NCBI GenBank assembly: GCA_034431095.1
Contig: DAOUDM010000011.1
Location: 1 to 60,079, forward strand
DNA from: Dehalococcoidales bacterium
GTDB lineage: Bacteria > Chloroflexota > Dehalococcoidia > Dehalococcoidales > W693
Direction: 5' to 3'
DNA length: 60,079 nucleotides
Position 1 is the first letter of the stretch; the number at the start of each line of letters is the position of its first letter. Shown piece after piece: positions 9,621 through 19,714 of the stretch. The position numbers and the translations under genes were made by a program. Below the pieces are notes generated by a model that saw nothing but the letters and a program-made list of their open reading frames with translations, made no database searches and was not told the origin of the DNA.

Positions 9621-10672
9621 TGGGTCAAGAGGTGTCATCCCTGGTTCATACCCCAGTTTTATTAAATGAGACTATCGAAGCCCTGGATGTCCAGGCAGGT
9701 GGTCGGTATATCGACTGTACTGTGGGCGGTGGTGGCCATGCCGCCGCTATCCTGGAGAGTAGCTCTCCCGGCGGCCAGCTTCTGGGCATAGATGCCGACC
9801 CGGAGGCGGTAAAGACCGCCCAAGCGAGGCTGGAAGCCTTCGGTAAATCGGTCCTTATAGTAAACAACAACTTCGTTAATCTGGAGGCTATCTGCATCAA
9901 GCATGATTTTATGCCGGTGCACGGCATTCTGTTTGACCTGGGCCTCTCCTCTCAACAGCTAAATGGCAGTGGTCGTGGTTTCAGTTTTCAGCACGATGCC
10001 CCTCTGGATATGCGTTTCAATCCTGAGCAGAGGGTTTCCGCTGCCGATATCGTTAATGCGTCTTCCGAGTCTGAACTGGCTTACATCATAAGGACATATG
10101 GCGAGGAGAGCTGCGGCTATAGAATAGCGCGCCGTATCGTCCGTGAGCGCCCGTTAAAGACCACTGCCGAGCTGGCCAGGGTAATAGAGCAGACTGTCCC
10201 GAGAAAAGGAAGAATCCACCCGGCCACCAAGACATTCCAGGCGTTGAGGATAGCTGTAAACCATGAGCTGGAAAACCTGGAAGCGGCGCTAAAACAGGCG
10301 GTCAGGCTGCTCGGCTTCGAGGGGAGGCTGGTGGTTATCAGCTATCACTCTCTTGAAGACCGTATAGTAAAGCGGTTTATGCAGCAGGAATCGAAGGGTT
10401 GTATCTGCCCTCCGGGCACTCCGAGCTGTATCTGCAAGCATACCCCCTGTCTCAAGCTGATTAGCCGGAAGGTTATTACCCCCTCCCTAGAGGAGGTTAG
10501 CCGTAATCCGCGCAGCCGCAGCGCCAGGTTGAGGGTTGCCGAGAGTATTATAACTCAGGATGAGTGGTGTGAAACCGCTGACAGGTTGTGTTTTCTGGGA
10601 GCGACTGGTGCTAGAGGATGGAAGAAACCGCCTATGCTGAAAGAAAGGCTAAAAATTACATCTGCAAATTAG
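9620..10672 (+). CDS. rsmH: 16S rRNA m4C1402 methyltransferase RsmH (MraW), with ~40-aa C-terminal extension
   Basis: [27 protein letters not shown]...[27 protein letters not shown]. Confidence 0.98.
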   Translation: MGQEVSSLVHTPVLLNETIEALDVQAGGRYIDCTVGGGGHAAAILESSSPGGQLLGIDADPEAVKTAQARLEAFGKSVLIVNNNFVNLEAICIKHDFMPVHGILFDLGLSSQQLNGSGRGFSFQHDAPLDMRFNPEQRVSAADIVNASSESELAYIIRTYGEESCGYRIARRIVRERPLKTTAELARVIEQTVPRKGRIHPATKTFQALRIAVNHELENLEAALKQAVRLLGFEGRLVVISYHSLEDRIVKRFMQQESKGCICPPGTPSCICKHTPCLKLISRKVITPSLEEVSRNPRSRSARLRVAESIITQDEWCETADRLCFLGATGARGWKKPPMLKERLKITSAN

Positions 10673-10769
10673 ATAACAGGGTCTACTGTTGGGGGGATAA
10701 GGAGGTTATCAAGATGTGAAGATAGAAATAAATAAAATAATAATAAAAGTAATGGAGAGGAGGAAATAG

Positions 10770-11990
10770 ATGAAAAAGCGATCTAATCTAACTTCGATTG
10801 ATGTCGGTACCACCAAGATATGCACCACCATAGCCGAGATAAACGATAACGGCGATGTCTGGGTTGTCGGCGTCGGTGTTGCTCCGTCAAACGGCCTGCA
10901 TAAAGGGCTAGTGGTCAACATCAGTGAAGCCAGGGAGGCGATTCGTGTGTCGGTGAGGAAGGCGGAGCAAACCTGTAACTACAAGGTGGAATCGGCCTAT
11001 CTTGGCGTCACTGGCAGGCATGTCAGCTCGATAAACAATCGGGGGGTGGTGGCTATTACCCGTAGCGACCGCCTGGTACGCCCCGATGACCTGAAGCGAG
11101 TACTCAGCAGTGCCCAGAGTGTTAAGGTGCCCAATGATAGAAAACTGCTGCATGTCATTCCTCGCGGCTATTCCGTTGATGGCCAGGTGGGGGTTAAGAA
11201 CCCGGTTGGGATGTATGGCTTCAGGCTGGATGTGGAAACGCACATCGTTACCGCCGCCGCTACCTCGATTCAGAACCTGGTAAAGTGTGTTCGTGGTATC
11301 GGCATAGACATCGAAGACCTGGTACTGGAGCCCCTGGCTTCGAGCGAGGCGGTGCTCACCGAAGATGAGAAACAGGTGGGCGTCGTCATAGCCGATATTG
11401 GTGGCGGTACTACCGATATCTGTGTCTTCAAGGATGGCAGCATCTGGCACAGCGCTATCCTGCCCGTCGCCGGGTATCAGCTTACCCGGGATATCGCCAT
11501 TGGTCTCGGGCTGCCGTTTGATGTCGCTGAGGAGATGAAGAAGAGATACGGCAGTGTCATGCCGGTCTATGAAAGCAAGATGGAGACTGCCAATCCGATA
11601 TCCGAGGATGGCCACGGTGTATCATATCAGGACCTGTGCGATATTATCCGGGCTCGGGTTGAGGAGATACTGAGGCTTATCCTGCTCGAACTGCCCAGCT
11701 CTGATTATGAATCACTGGTACCGGCCGGGCTGGTACTTGCCGGCGGTACCGCTAACCTTTCCGGCATTGAGACGCTGGGACGAGAGATACTGCGACTGCC
11801 GGTGAGGGTGGGCGTTCCCACCCATATCTCCGGTATCACCGACTCCCTGCGCGACCCTGCCTACGCCACCAGCGTTGGCCTGCTTCTCTGGGGGGCTAAA
11901 AACGAGGGCAAGCGCAAGTGGCGGGGTAACTGGTTCAGCTCCCGGTTCAGACAGCTGGCTGCCAGAATTAAGAAAATGTTTCTTCTATAG
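10770..11990 (+). CDS. ftsA: Cell division protein FtsA
   Basis: IDVGTTKI, DIGGGTTD, VLAGGTANL; upstream of ftsZ. Confidence 0.97.
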   Translation: MKKRSNLTSIDVGTTKICTTIAEINDNGDVWVVGVGVAPSNGLHKGLVVNISEAREAIRVSVRKAEQTCNYKVESAYLGVTGRHVSSINNRGVVAITRSDRLVRPDDLKRVLSSAQSVKVPNDRKLLHVIPRGYSVDGQVGVKNPVGMYGFRLDVETHIVTAAATSIQNLVKCVRGIGIDIEDLVLEPLASSEAVLTEDEKQVGVVIADIGGGTTDICVFKDGSIWHSAILPVAGYQLTRDIAIGLGLPFDVAEEMKKRYGSVMPVYESKMETANPISEDGHGVSYQDLCDIIRARVEEILRLILLELPSSDYESLVPAGLVLAGGTANLSGIETLGREILRLPVRVGVPTHISGITDSLRDPAYATSVGLLLWGAKNEGKRKWRGNWFSSRFRQLAARIKKMFLL

Positions 11991-12034
11991 CCAGAAAGAA
12001 AAATAATAAATAGGTAGAAGGAAAGGAGGAGGAA

Positions 12035-13165
12035 ATGGCAAAGACAAGCTTTGTACCAAACCCGGCCAAGATAAAGGTTATCGGTATGGGCGGCGGTGGT
12101 TGTAACGCCATAACCCGTATGGTCAGGGAAGAAATCCAGGGTGTTGAATTTATCGCCATGAATACCGATGCCCAGGCTCTGGCAATCACCGAAGCACCGA
12201 CCCGTATTCAGCTTGGAGAAAAAGTCACCAAGGGGTTGGGTGTCGGTGGCGACTGTAGCATGGGGCAGAAGGCGGCTGAGGAAAGCCGTGATGAGATAAG
12301 GGAACTGGTCACCGGCGCTGATATGGTGTTTATCACCGGCGGTATGGGTGGCGGCACCGGCACCGGGGCGGCACCCATTGTTGCCGAGATAGCCAGGGAG
12401 AGTGGTGCTCTGACCATCGCTGTGGTCACCAAACCCTTTGCCTTTGAGGGTGTCCACCGCGGCGAGGTCGCCAAGGATGGCATCTGCAAACTGCTGGGCA
12501 AGGTAGATACCCTTATCATCATCCCCAATGACCGTTTGCTTGACCTATGCGACCAGAAGGTGGGTGTGGACAACGCCTTCAAGATGGCTGATGATGTACT
12601 GCGTCAAGGTGTGCAGGCTATCTCTGAGGTAATCACTACCCCCGGTATGATTAACCTCGATTTTGCCGATGTCAAGGCAGTGATGAAGGATGCCGGTCCC
12701 GCCTGGATGTCAATCGGACGGGGCACGGGTAAGAACCGGGCGGTGGATGCCGCCAAGGAAGCCCTGGCCAGCCCGCTACTGGATGTAACCATCGAGGGCT
12801 CGAAGGGGGTGTTGTTCAACATCGTCGGCAGCAGCGACCTCACCCTGTATGAGGTTAACGAGGCGGCTGAGGTGATAAAGCAGGCGGTTGACCCGGATGC
12901 CAACATCATCTTCGGCGTGGCTCACGACCCCAATATGAGCGGTGATATAAGGATTACCCTGATTACCACCGGCTTTATCTCCAAGAATGAATACAGCGAG
13001 ACTGAAGAGGAAGACGAGTTGACCAAACAGCTCAAGAACATAAAGACCGAGGATGAGCTCGATGTTCCCTCGTTCCTGCGACGCCCGCTATTCAGCCGAC
13101 AGCGCCAGGCGTTTACGGCGACGGACAAGGTTACCAAGCCGCAATCAAAAAGCTGGTTTCGTTAG
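12035..13165 (+). CDS. ftsZ: Cell division protein FtsZ
   Basis: GGGGCNA, tubulin signature GGGTGTG, NLDFADV and C-terminal LDVPSFLR. Confidence 0.99.
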   Translation: MAKTSFVPNPAKIKVIGMGGGGCNAITRMVREEIQGVEFIAMNTDAQALAITEAPTRIQLGEKVTKGLGVGGDCSMGQKAAEESRDEIRELVTGADMVFITGGMGGGTGTGAAPIVAEIARESGALTIAVVTKPFAFEGVHRGEVAKDGICKLLGKVDTLIIIPNDRLLDLCDQKVGVDNAFKMADDVLRQGVQAISEVITTPGMINLDFADVKAVMKDAGPAWMSIGRGTGKNRAVDAAKEALASPLLDVTIEGSKGVLFNIVGSSDLTLYEVNEAAEVIKQAVDPDANIIFGVAHDPNMSGDIRITLITTGFISKNEYSETEEEDELTKQLKNIKTEDELDVPSFLRRPLFSRQRQAFTATDKVTKPQSKSWFR

Positions 13166-13211
13166 GTTTTCTGGTTTCTGCCCGCTAACCGGAAAAGAAT
13201 AGGAGTATAGC

Positions 13212-13251
13212 AATAAGGCTGCGGGACGAATAGTCCCGCAGCCTTATTTTT
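13212..13251 (+). terminator. Rho-independent terminator after ftsZ
   Basis: AATAAGGCTGCGGGAC-gaata-GTCCCGCAGCCTTATT followed by a T run. Confidence 0.85.
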
Positions 13252-13275
13252 AACTGGAATAGGCAATAGTAGGGC

Positions 13276-13329
13276 TTGACAAATACAATATATAGTAGTA
13301 GTATAGCCGAGTAATACTATATATTGTAG
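13276..13329 (+). promoter_or_regulatory. nrdR-nrdJ promoter with tandem NrdR boxes
   Basis: ATACAATATATAGTAG (13283-13298) and ATACTATATATTGTAG (13314-13329) are 31 bp apart and match acaCwAtATaTwGtg. They overlap TTGACA (13276)-17 bp-TAGTAT (13299). Confidence 0.85.
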
Positions 13330-13338
13330 GCTATTGCT

Positions 13339-13874
<536 letters not shown>

Positions 13875-13878
<4 letters not shown>

Positions 13879-16436
13879 GCAAGGCTAAAGAAGCAGATAA
13901 AGGAATGACGACGCCGATTAACCGTACCCAGATTGCCCGGGTTATTTTTACCGCCGCCGAGTCTATGGGCATATCCGATAGAAAACGGATTGAGTGGCTT
14001 ACCAGCCAGGTGATTGAGCGTCTGGAGCGTCCGCAGACATTGCCTGGGATGGAAGACCTGGTGTCCAGGGCTCACAATCAGAAGCAAATTACTAGCGAGT
14101 CTGAAATCCTGACCATGGTAAAGGAGTTTCTAACCAGCGAGGAGCAAGCACAGGAAGGAGAGATTCAACCGCGAAAGGAGGATTCGGCCGTGCCGGTTAA
14201 AACGAAAGCCAGGACTACCACCGGTATAAAACTTACCGAGAATGCGCTCCGGGTTCTGGAGAGAAGGTACTTGAAGAAGGACAAGCAGGGCAATGTCATC
14301 GAGGCGCCGGAGGAGATGTTTCATAGAGTGGCTCGGGCGGTTGCCTCCGCCGAGCTTATCTATAACCCCAAGGCGGATACCAGAGGCTGGGAGGAGGAGT
14401 TCTACCGGCTGATGGCCGGCCTTGAGTTTCTACCCAACTCCCCGACGCTGATGAATGCCGGCCGGGAGCTGGGACAGCTTTCGGCATGTTTTGTCCTGCC
14501 CATAGAGGACTCTATGGAATCCATCTTCGAGGCGGTTAAGAATACCGCCCTCATCCACAAGAGCGGCGGCGGCACCGGCTTTTCCTTCTCACGGCTACGA
14601 CAGGAGAGGGACAGAGTCGGATCTACCGGCGGCATCGCCAGCGGGCCTGTCTCCTTTATGAGAGTCTTTGATGTGGCTACCGATGTTATCAAGCAGGGCG
14701 GGACACGCCGCGGCGCCAATATGGCTATCCTCAGCGTCGACCATCCGGACATTATGGAGTTTATAACAGCTAAAGAAGACCTGACCTCTCTTACCAACTT
14801 CAATATCTCGGTGGCGGTCAGTAACAGGTTTATGGAGGCGGTCGAGGCCGGTAAAGAATACAATCTGGTGAATCCCCGTACCAAGGAGGTGGTGGCCAAA
14901 CTCAACGCCGGAGAGGTATTCGATAAGATTGTAGCCCTAGCCTGGAAGACGGGCGACCCGGGTATCGTTTTCCTTGACCGTATCAATAAAGACAACCCCA
15001 CGCCGCACTTGGGCAGTATCGAGAGCACCAATCCCTGCGGCGAACAGCCGCTGCTGCCCTATGAATCGTGCAACCTGGGCTCTATAAATCTGGCGCGGAT
15101 ACTAAAGAAGGCGAACGGAGCTAAACAGATTGATTACCCCAGGCTTGCCGAGACGGTCAAGAAAGCGGTCCGCTTCCTGGATAATGTTATCGATGTCAAC
15201 AAGTTCCCTCTGCCCGAGATAGACGAGATGACCAAGAAGACGAGAAAGATAGGGCTGGGGGTGATGGGCTTTGCCGATATGCTCATCAAGCTGGGCATTC
15301 CATATAACTCGGAGGAGGCACTCAAGGTTGCCTCGGAGATTATGCGGTTCGTCAACGATGAGGCAGAGAAAGCCTCAGCGGCGATGGCTGAGGAGCGTGG
15401 CGTCTTCCCGGCTTATGAGGGCAGTATCTATGATGTTGCCGGCGGTTCTCGTTTAAGGAATGCCTCGTGCACTACTATCGCCCCCACCGGCACCCTGAGC
15501 CTGATTGCCGGCTGCTCCAGCGGCATCGAGCCCCTGTTCGCCCTCAGCTACACCAGGAATATCCTCGACGGCACGCGGCTGGTCGAGGTGAACCCCCACT
15601 TTGAGGAAGCCGCTAGAAAGGGTGGCTTCTACTCCGGGGAGCTGATGCAGAAGCTGGCCGATGGCGCTCACCTGGGTGATATGGAAGACGTCCCGGAGGA
15701 AGTCAAGCGAATTTTTGTCACCGCCCATGAGATAGATACCAGGTGGCATGTCAGGATGCAGGCTGCCTTCCAGGGGCACACCCATAACGCCGTCTCCAAG
15801 ACGGTCAACTTCCCCAGGGAGGCTACCCGGGAGGATGTCGCCAATGTCTACCGGATGGCTTATAAAGAGGGCTTGAAGGGGATAACCATCTACCGGGACG
15901 GCAGCCGTGAGGGACAGGTACTGACCACGGGTAAAGAGAAGAAGCCTCAGGGTGCTGAGCTTACTCCCCGAAGAAGGTCGAAGATGACCTCCGGGATTAC
16001 CGAGAAGGTAACCACCGGCTGCGGTAACCTGTATGTTACGGTTAACTCGGATGAGCAGGGGATATGTGAGGTCTTTTCGCATCTGGGGAAGTCCGGCGGT
16101 TGTGCCTCCGCCCAGCTGGAAGCCACCTGTCGGCTCATCTCGCTGGCTTTGCGGTCGGGGATAGACGCTTCCTCGGTGGTGAAACAGCTAAAGGGTATCC
16201 GTTGCCCGTCCATCGTCTGGGAGGATGGCAAATCGGTACTCTCCTGCGCCGACGCCATCGCCAGCGTCCTGGAAAAGCACATAAACGGCGGTAAGAGTGA
16301 AACAAATAATGCCAGGGCGGTTCAGGACTACGGTCTGGTGAAGAATGTAGCCGGGCAGTGCCCCGACTGCGGCAGTCTGCTGGTGTACCAGGAGGGGTGC
16401 TTCATCTGCCCCGGCTGTGGTTATACCAAGTGCTGA
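13875..16436 (+). CDS. nrdJ: Class II (adenosylcobalamin-dependent) ribonucleotide reductase with C-terminal TSCPD-like and Zn-ribbon region
   Basis: [52 protein letters not shown] and terminal CPDCG...CPGCGYTKC. No small-subunit gene nearby; no intein visible. Confidence 0.93.
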
Positions 16437-16456
16437 TAATAGAGAGGGGGTAATAT

Positions 16457-16999
16457 ATGACAACGAGATCATCCGAAAGAGTAATGATATTTATTGACGG
16501 TAGCAATGTGTACCACTCACTCCGGGCTCACTTTGGCAGGAAGAATATAGATATCGGCAGGTTCTGCCAGAAACTGCTGGGCAGACGCCGGCTGGTAAGG
16601 AACTACTACTACAATGCCCAGGTGGGGCAGAAAGAGGAGCCGGAGCGATACAAGCGCCAGCGGAACTTCTTTGATAGCGTGGTCGCCATACCCTATACCG
16701 AGCTGAGACTGGGGCGGCTGGTATATAACAACTGGCCTGGTACTCCACCCTATGAGAAAGGGGTTGATATTCAGCTGGCTACCGATATGATAACCCATAG
16801 CTTCAAAGGTAATTATGACGTCGCCATCCTGGTGGCTGGCGATAATGACTTCGTCGGCGCTTTGCAGGCGGTGAAAGACAACGGCAAGAATGTCGAGGTG
16901 GCGCTGTTCGGTAAGGAGCGAACCTCGATGCAGCTCCGTAATGTAGCCGACAAGGTAATTGCTATAGACGGCCGTTTCCTGCGGAACTGCTGGAAATAA
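16457..16999 (+). CDS. NYN-domain (LabA/DUF88, PIN-like) protein
   Basis: IFIDGSNVYH, EKGVDIQLATD, AILVAGDNDFV...GKNV. Confidence 0.9.
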   Translation: MTTRSSERVMIFIDGSNVYHSLRAHFGRKNIDIGRFCQKLLGRRRLVRNYYYNAQVGQKEEPERYKRQRNFFDSVVAIPYTELRLGRLVYNNWPGTPPYEKGVDIQLATDMITHSFKGNYDVAILVAGDNDFVGALQAVKDNGKNVEVALFGKERTSMQLRNVADKVIAIDGRFLRNCWK

Positions 17000-17001
17000 G
17001 A

Positions 17002-18600
17002 ATGGGCTGGAATGGAGCCAGAAAAACGAGGTGGGGCAAGGCTCATCGTGGGCTGTACTATGCCGGGGAGCAGGGCACGATTGTCAAGGACTGGGGAGGC
17101 AGGCTCCCCGTCGCTATTATCTACCCCAACTCCTACTATATCGGTATGTCCAACCTGGGTGTCCACACCATCTACAGTATGCTTAATGGCTACAGCGATG
17201 TTGTTTGTGAGAGGGTCTTCTGGGGTGATAAGCCTGTCCTGAGCCTGGAATCGCGGCGGCCGCTCTCCGACTTCGCCGTTCTGGCCTTCTCCATATCCTA
17301 CGAGCTCGATTATTTCAATGTGGTTAGCATCCTGAGGGAGAGCGGAATCCCGCTATACGCTGCTGAGCGTGACGACCGGCACCCACTGGTTATCGCCGGT
17401 GGCGCCTGTATCACCGCCAATCCTCTGCCACTGGCTCCCTTCTTTGACTGCCTGTGTATCGGAGAGGCGGAGCCGATACTGCCGACGATGCTCCCCGTTT
17501 TATCCGAGGGGGCTGGCCGTCGCGTTGACTGCCTGGAGGCTCTGTCCCGGCTCCCCGGCGTCTATGCCCCCCTGTATGGTGAAAATAAGCCTGTTGTTCG
17601 CCAGTGGCTGCGCAACCTGGACGATTTCATAGCCAGCTCCATCGTGCTCACCAGGGATACCGAGCTCGGCGATATGTATCTTATCGAGGTGGAGCGGGGC
17701 TGTAGCTGGGGCTGTCGTTACTGTCTCGTCGGCAGTGCCTTCTGCCCGATGCGCTATCACTCTGTAGACAGTCTTGTTGAACGGGCGAAGCTGGGGCTCA
17801 AGTATAGAAAGCGCCTGGGGCTGGTGGGGCCGGTTGTTTCCGACCACCCCGAGATAGAGGAGCTGTTGCCCCGGCTGAGACAGATGGGTGCCGGGCTTTC
17901 GCTGAGCTCGTTGAGGGTCAGCCCGCTTTCCAGCACGGTGCTTAGCGAGATGGTGAAAGGGGGCGCCCGCTCCGTTGCCCTGGCACCCGAGGCTGGCTCG
18001 CAGAGATTGCGCCGGTTTATCGGTAAGGACATCTCACGGGACGATATTCTAAGAGCGGTAGCCAGGGCGGCTGAGTATGGCATAAAACAGCTCAAGCTGT
18101 ACTTCATGATCGGTCTGCCCTCGGAGACGGATGCTGATATAGAGGAATTGGCGGTACTGGCACTAGAGTGCAAGGGAATAATAGATAGAGTTCAGCCCGG
18201 ATGTCGTCTCAACCTGAATGTCGCCCCCTTCGTGCCCAAGGCGGGCACTCCCTTCCAGTGGTTGCCGATGGCGGAGCTGGCTGACCTGAGCCGGCGTATG
18301 GTTTTTCTCAAAAAGGCACTGTCGCCGAAGGGAATCAAGGTCAGGAGCGAGAGTCTGGCCTGGAGCCAGGTTCAGGGGGCTCTGGCGCGGGGGGATATAA
18401 AAATGGCTGAGGTGCTGGCTGGTATGGAGGAGGTGTCGCTGGCTGGCTGGCGCAGGGCGATAGCAAAGTGCCAGCTGGATGTGGGCTACTACGTCCTGAA
18501 GCAGTGGGACGTCAGCCAGCAATTGCCCTGGGCGATGCTGGACCTGGGGGTATCGCCGGAGCACCTGGTCAGCGAATTAAAAAGGGCTCTGGCTCGGTAG
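17002..18600 (+). CDS. Radical SAM protein with N-terminal B12-binding-like domain (YgiQ/TIGR03960-like)
   Basis: YPNSYYIGMSNLG and ERGCSWGCRYC (CxxxCxxC), APEAGSQRLR, KLYFMIGLP, FVPKAGTPFQW. Confidence 0.85.
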   Translation: MGWNGARKTRWGKAHRGLYYAGEQGTIVKDWGGRLPVAIIYPNSYYIGMSNLGVHTIYSMLNGYSDVVCERVFWGDKPVLSLESRRPLSDFAVLAFSISYELDYFNVVSILRESGIPLYAAERDDRHPLVIAGGACITANPLPLAPFFDCLCIGEAEPILPTMLPVLSEGAGRRVDCLEALSRLPGVYAPLYGENKPVVRQWLRNLDDFIASSIVLTRDTELGDMYLIEVERGCSWGCRYCLVGSAFCPMRYHSVDSLVERAKLGLKYRKRLGLVGPVVSDHPEIEELLPRLRQMGAGLSLSSLRVSPLSSTVLSEMVKGGARSVALAPEAGSQRLRRFIGKDISRDDILRAVARAAEYGIKQLKLYFMIGLPSETDADIEELAVLALECKGIIDRVQPGCRLNLNVAPFVPKAGTPFQWLPMAELADLSRRMVFLKKALSPKGIKVRSESLAWSQVQGALARGDIKMAEVLAGMEEVSLAGWRRAIAKCQLDVGYYVLKQWDVSQQLPWAMLDLGVSPEHLVSELKRALAR

Positions 18601-18635
18601 GGTATGTTATGACCCGGAAAGACGTTGGTCGGGCA

Positions 18636-18664
18636 TAAAAAAGAGGGCTTGAGCCCTCGTTATT
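18636..18664 (-). terminator. Rho-independent terminator between convergent genes
   Basis: AAAAAA-GAGGGC-ttga-GCCCTC; the U-tract is on the minus strand after yqeY. Confidence 0.7.
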
Positions 18665-18688
18665 TAGGCTGTTCTTCGGTTATAAGCT

Positions 18689-19138
18689 TCAGCCGAGGAG
18701 CTCGGCTACCATGGCGTTTACCTCCCGGCCGTCGGCTTTACCCTTGAGCTGGGGCATAAGCTGGGACATAACCTTACCCTTGTCCCGGGGTCCCTGGGCG
18801 CTGACCTCGTCGATGACCTTGCGGGCGGCGGCTACAATCTCCTCACGGCTTATCTGCTCGGGTAGATACTCATTCAATATAGCCAGTTCCGCTTCTTCAC
18901 GGGCAACCAGGTCCTGGCGGTCTCCCTGCTTGAAGGCATCGATGCTCTCCTTATGCTGCCTGACCTCCTTGGCGATGATACCCAGGAGATCGGCTTCTTC
19001 CAGCGGGGCTCGCTTGGCGATTTCGGCGTTTTGAATAGCAGCCACCAAAAGCCGAATAGTTGAACACTTGAGCTTGTCACGGTCTTTTATCGCCTTTTTG
19101 AGGTCATCGCTGAGCTTTTGCTTTATAGCTGATTCCAC
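18689..19138 (-). CDS. GatB/YqeY domain protein
   Basis: DLKKAIK...IRLL...RQHKESIDAFKQGDRQDL...EELAILNEYLP...KGKVM...KGKADG; follows rpsU as is typical. Confidence 0.95.
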   Translation of the reverse strand: MESAIKQKLSDDLKKAIKDRDKLKCSTIRLLVAAIQNAEIAKRAPLEEADLLGIIAKEVRQHKESIDAFKQGDRQDLVAREEAELAILNEYLPEQISREEIVAAARKVIDEVSAQGPRDKGKVMSQLMPQLKGKADGREVNAMVAELLG

Positions 19139-19160
19139 TTTATTACTGCCTTAGCGGTCA

Positions 19161-19358
19161 TTACTTTCTGATTGATCTGGCTGCCTTGGCTGCCTGGCGT
19201 CTCCTGGCAGATGCCTTACGGGCGCGCCTGGTGATGGGTTTCTGGTAGCGTCCCCGGCGGCGTGCCTCAGATATAATGCCGTACTGCTGCACCTTTCGGC
19301 TGAACCGCTTGAGTAAGCTCTCAAAGCTCTCTTTATCGTCAGCCACTACATTGGCCAA
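19161..19358 (-). CDS. rpsU: 30S ribosomal protein S21
   Basis: ESFESLLKRFSRKVQQYGII...RRRGRYQKP. Confidence 0.93.
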   Translation of the reverse strand: MANVVADDKESFESLLKRFSRKVQQYGIISEARRRGRYQKPITRRARKASARRRQAAKAARSIRK

Positions 19359-19431
19359 ATAGCATCAACCTCCTTCTGGAACAGGCTGTTATATATATCT
19401 GTATACAGCCGGATAGATTGTAAACCTGATT

Positions 19432-19461
19432 ATTCTAGGCCAGCAGGGGGGGTGGTGTCAA
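19432..19461 (-). promoter_or_regulatory. sigma70 promoter of rpsU-yqeY
   Basis: Minus strand TTGACA (19461-19456), 18-bp spacer, TAGAAT (19437-19432); marks the boundary of the phage-like module. Confidence 0.65.
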
Positions 19462-19485
19462 GGGAAGGTGGGCGCAGGTTGTTTC

Positions 19486-19698
19486 CTAACTATAGACGGC
19501 AATCACCACTGCCTCTTTGGGGTTGTGCTCGTCGAAGAAGAGAACGGCTGTCTTTCGGCCGGTGGTCATCTCGGCTGCCGGCAGGTTGCGGGCGACGGCG
19601 ACGTCTTCCAGGTAGACCTTGTAGCTACCGGCAAGCTGAACGGTAGCCGTATAGTCCCCGGAGCTAAAACTTCTTAAAATCGCTTTCCTTATCTTCAT
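19486..19698 (-). CDS. Small phage protein, possible OB-fold spike/baseplate (gpV/gp5 N-terminal-like); track start 19725
   Basis: KAILRSFSSGDYTATVQL...VAVARNLP...GRKTAVLFFDEHNPKEAVVIAVY resembles the OB-fold pattern (G-x-V-x-V-x-F-x-D/G-x-P-x3-VIG). Pattern recognition only. Confidence 0.45.
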   Translation of the reverse strand: MKIRKAILRSFSSGDYTATVQLAGSYKVYLEDVAVARNLPAAEMTTGRKTAVLFFDEHNPKEAVVIAVYS

Positions 19699-19714
19699 CT
19701 CTGGTATCTCCTTT

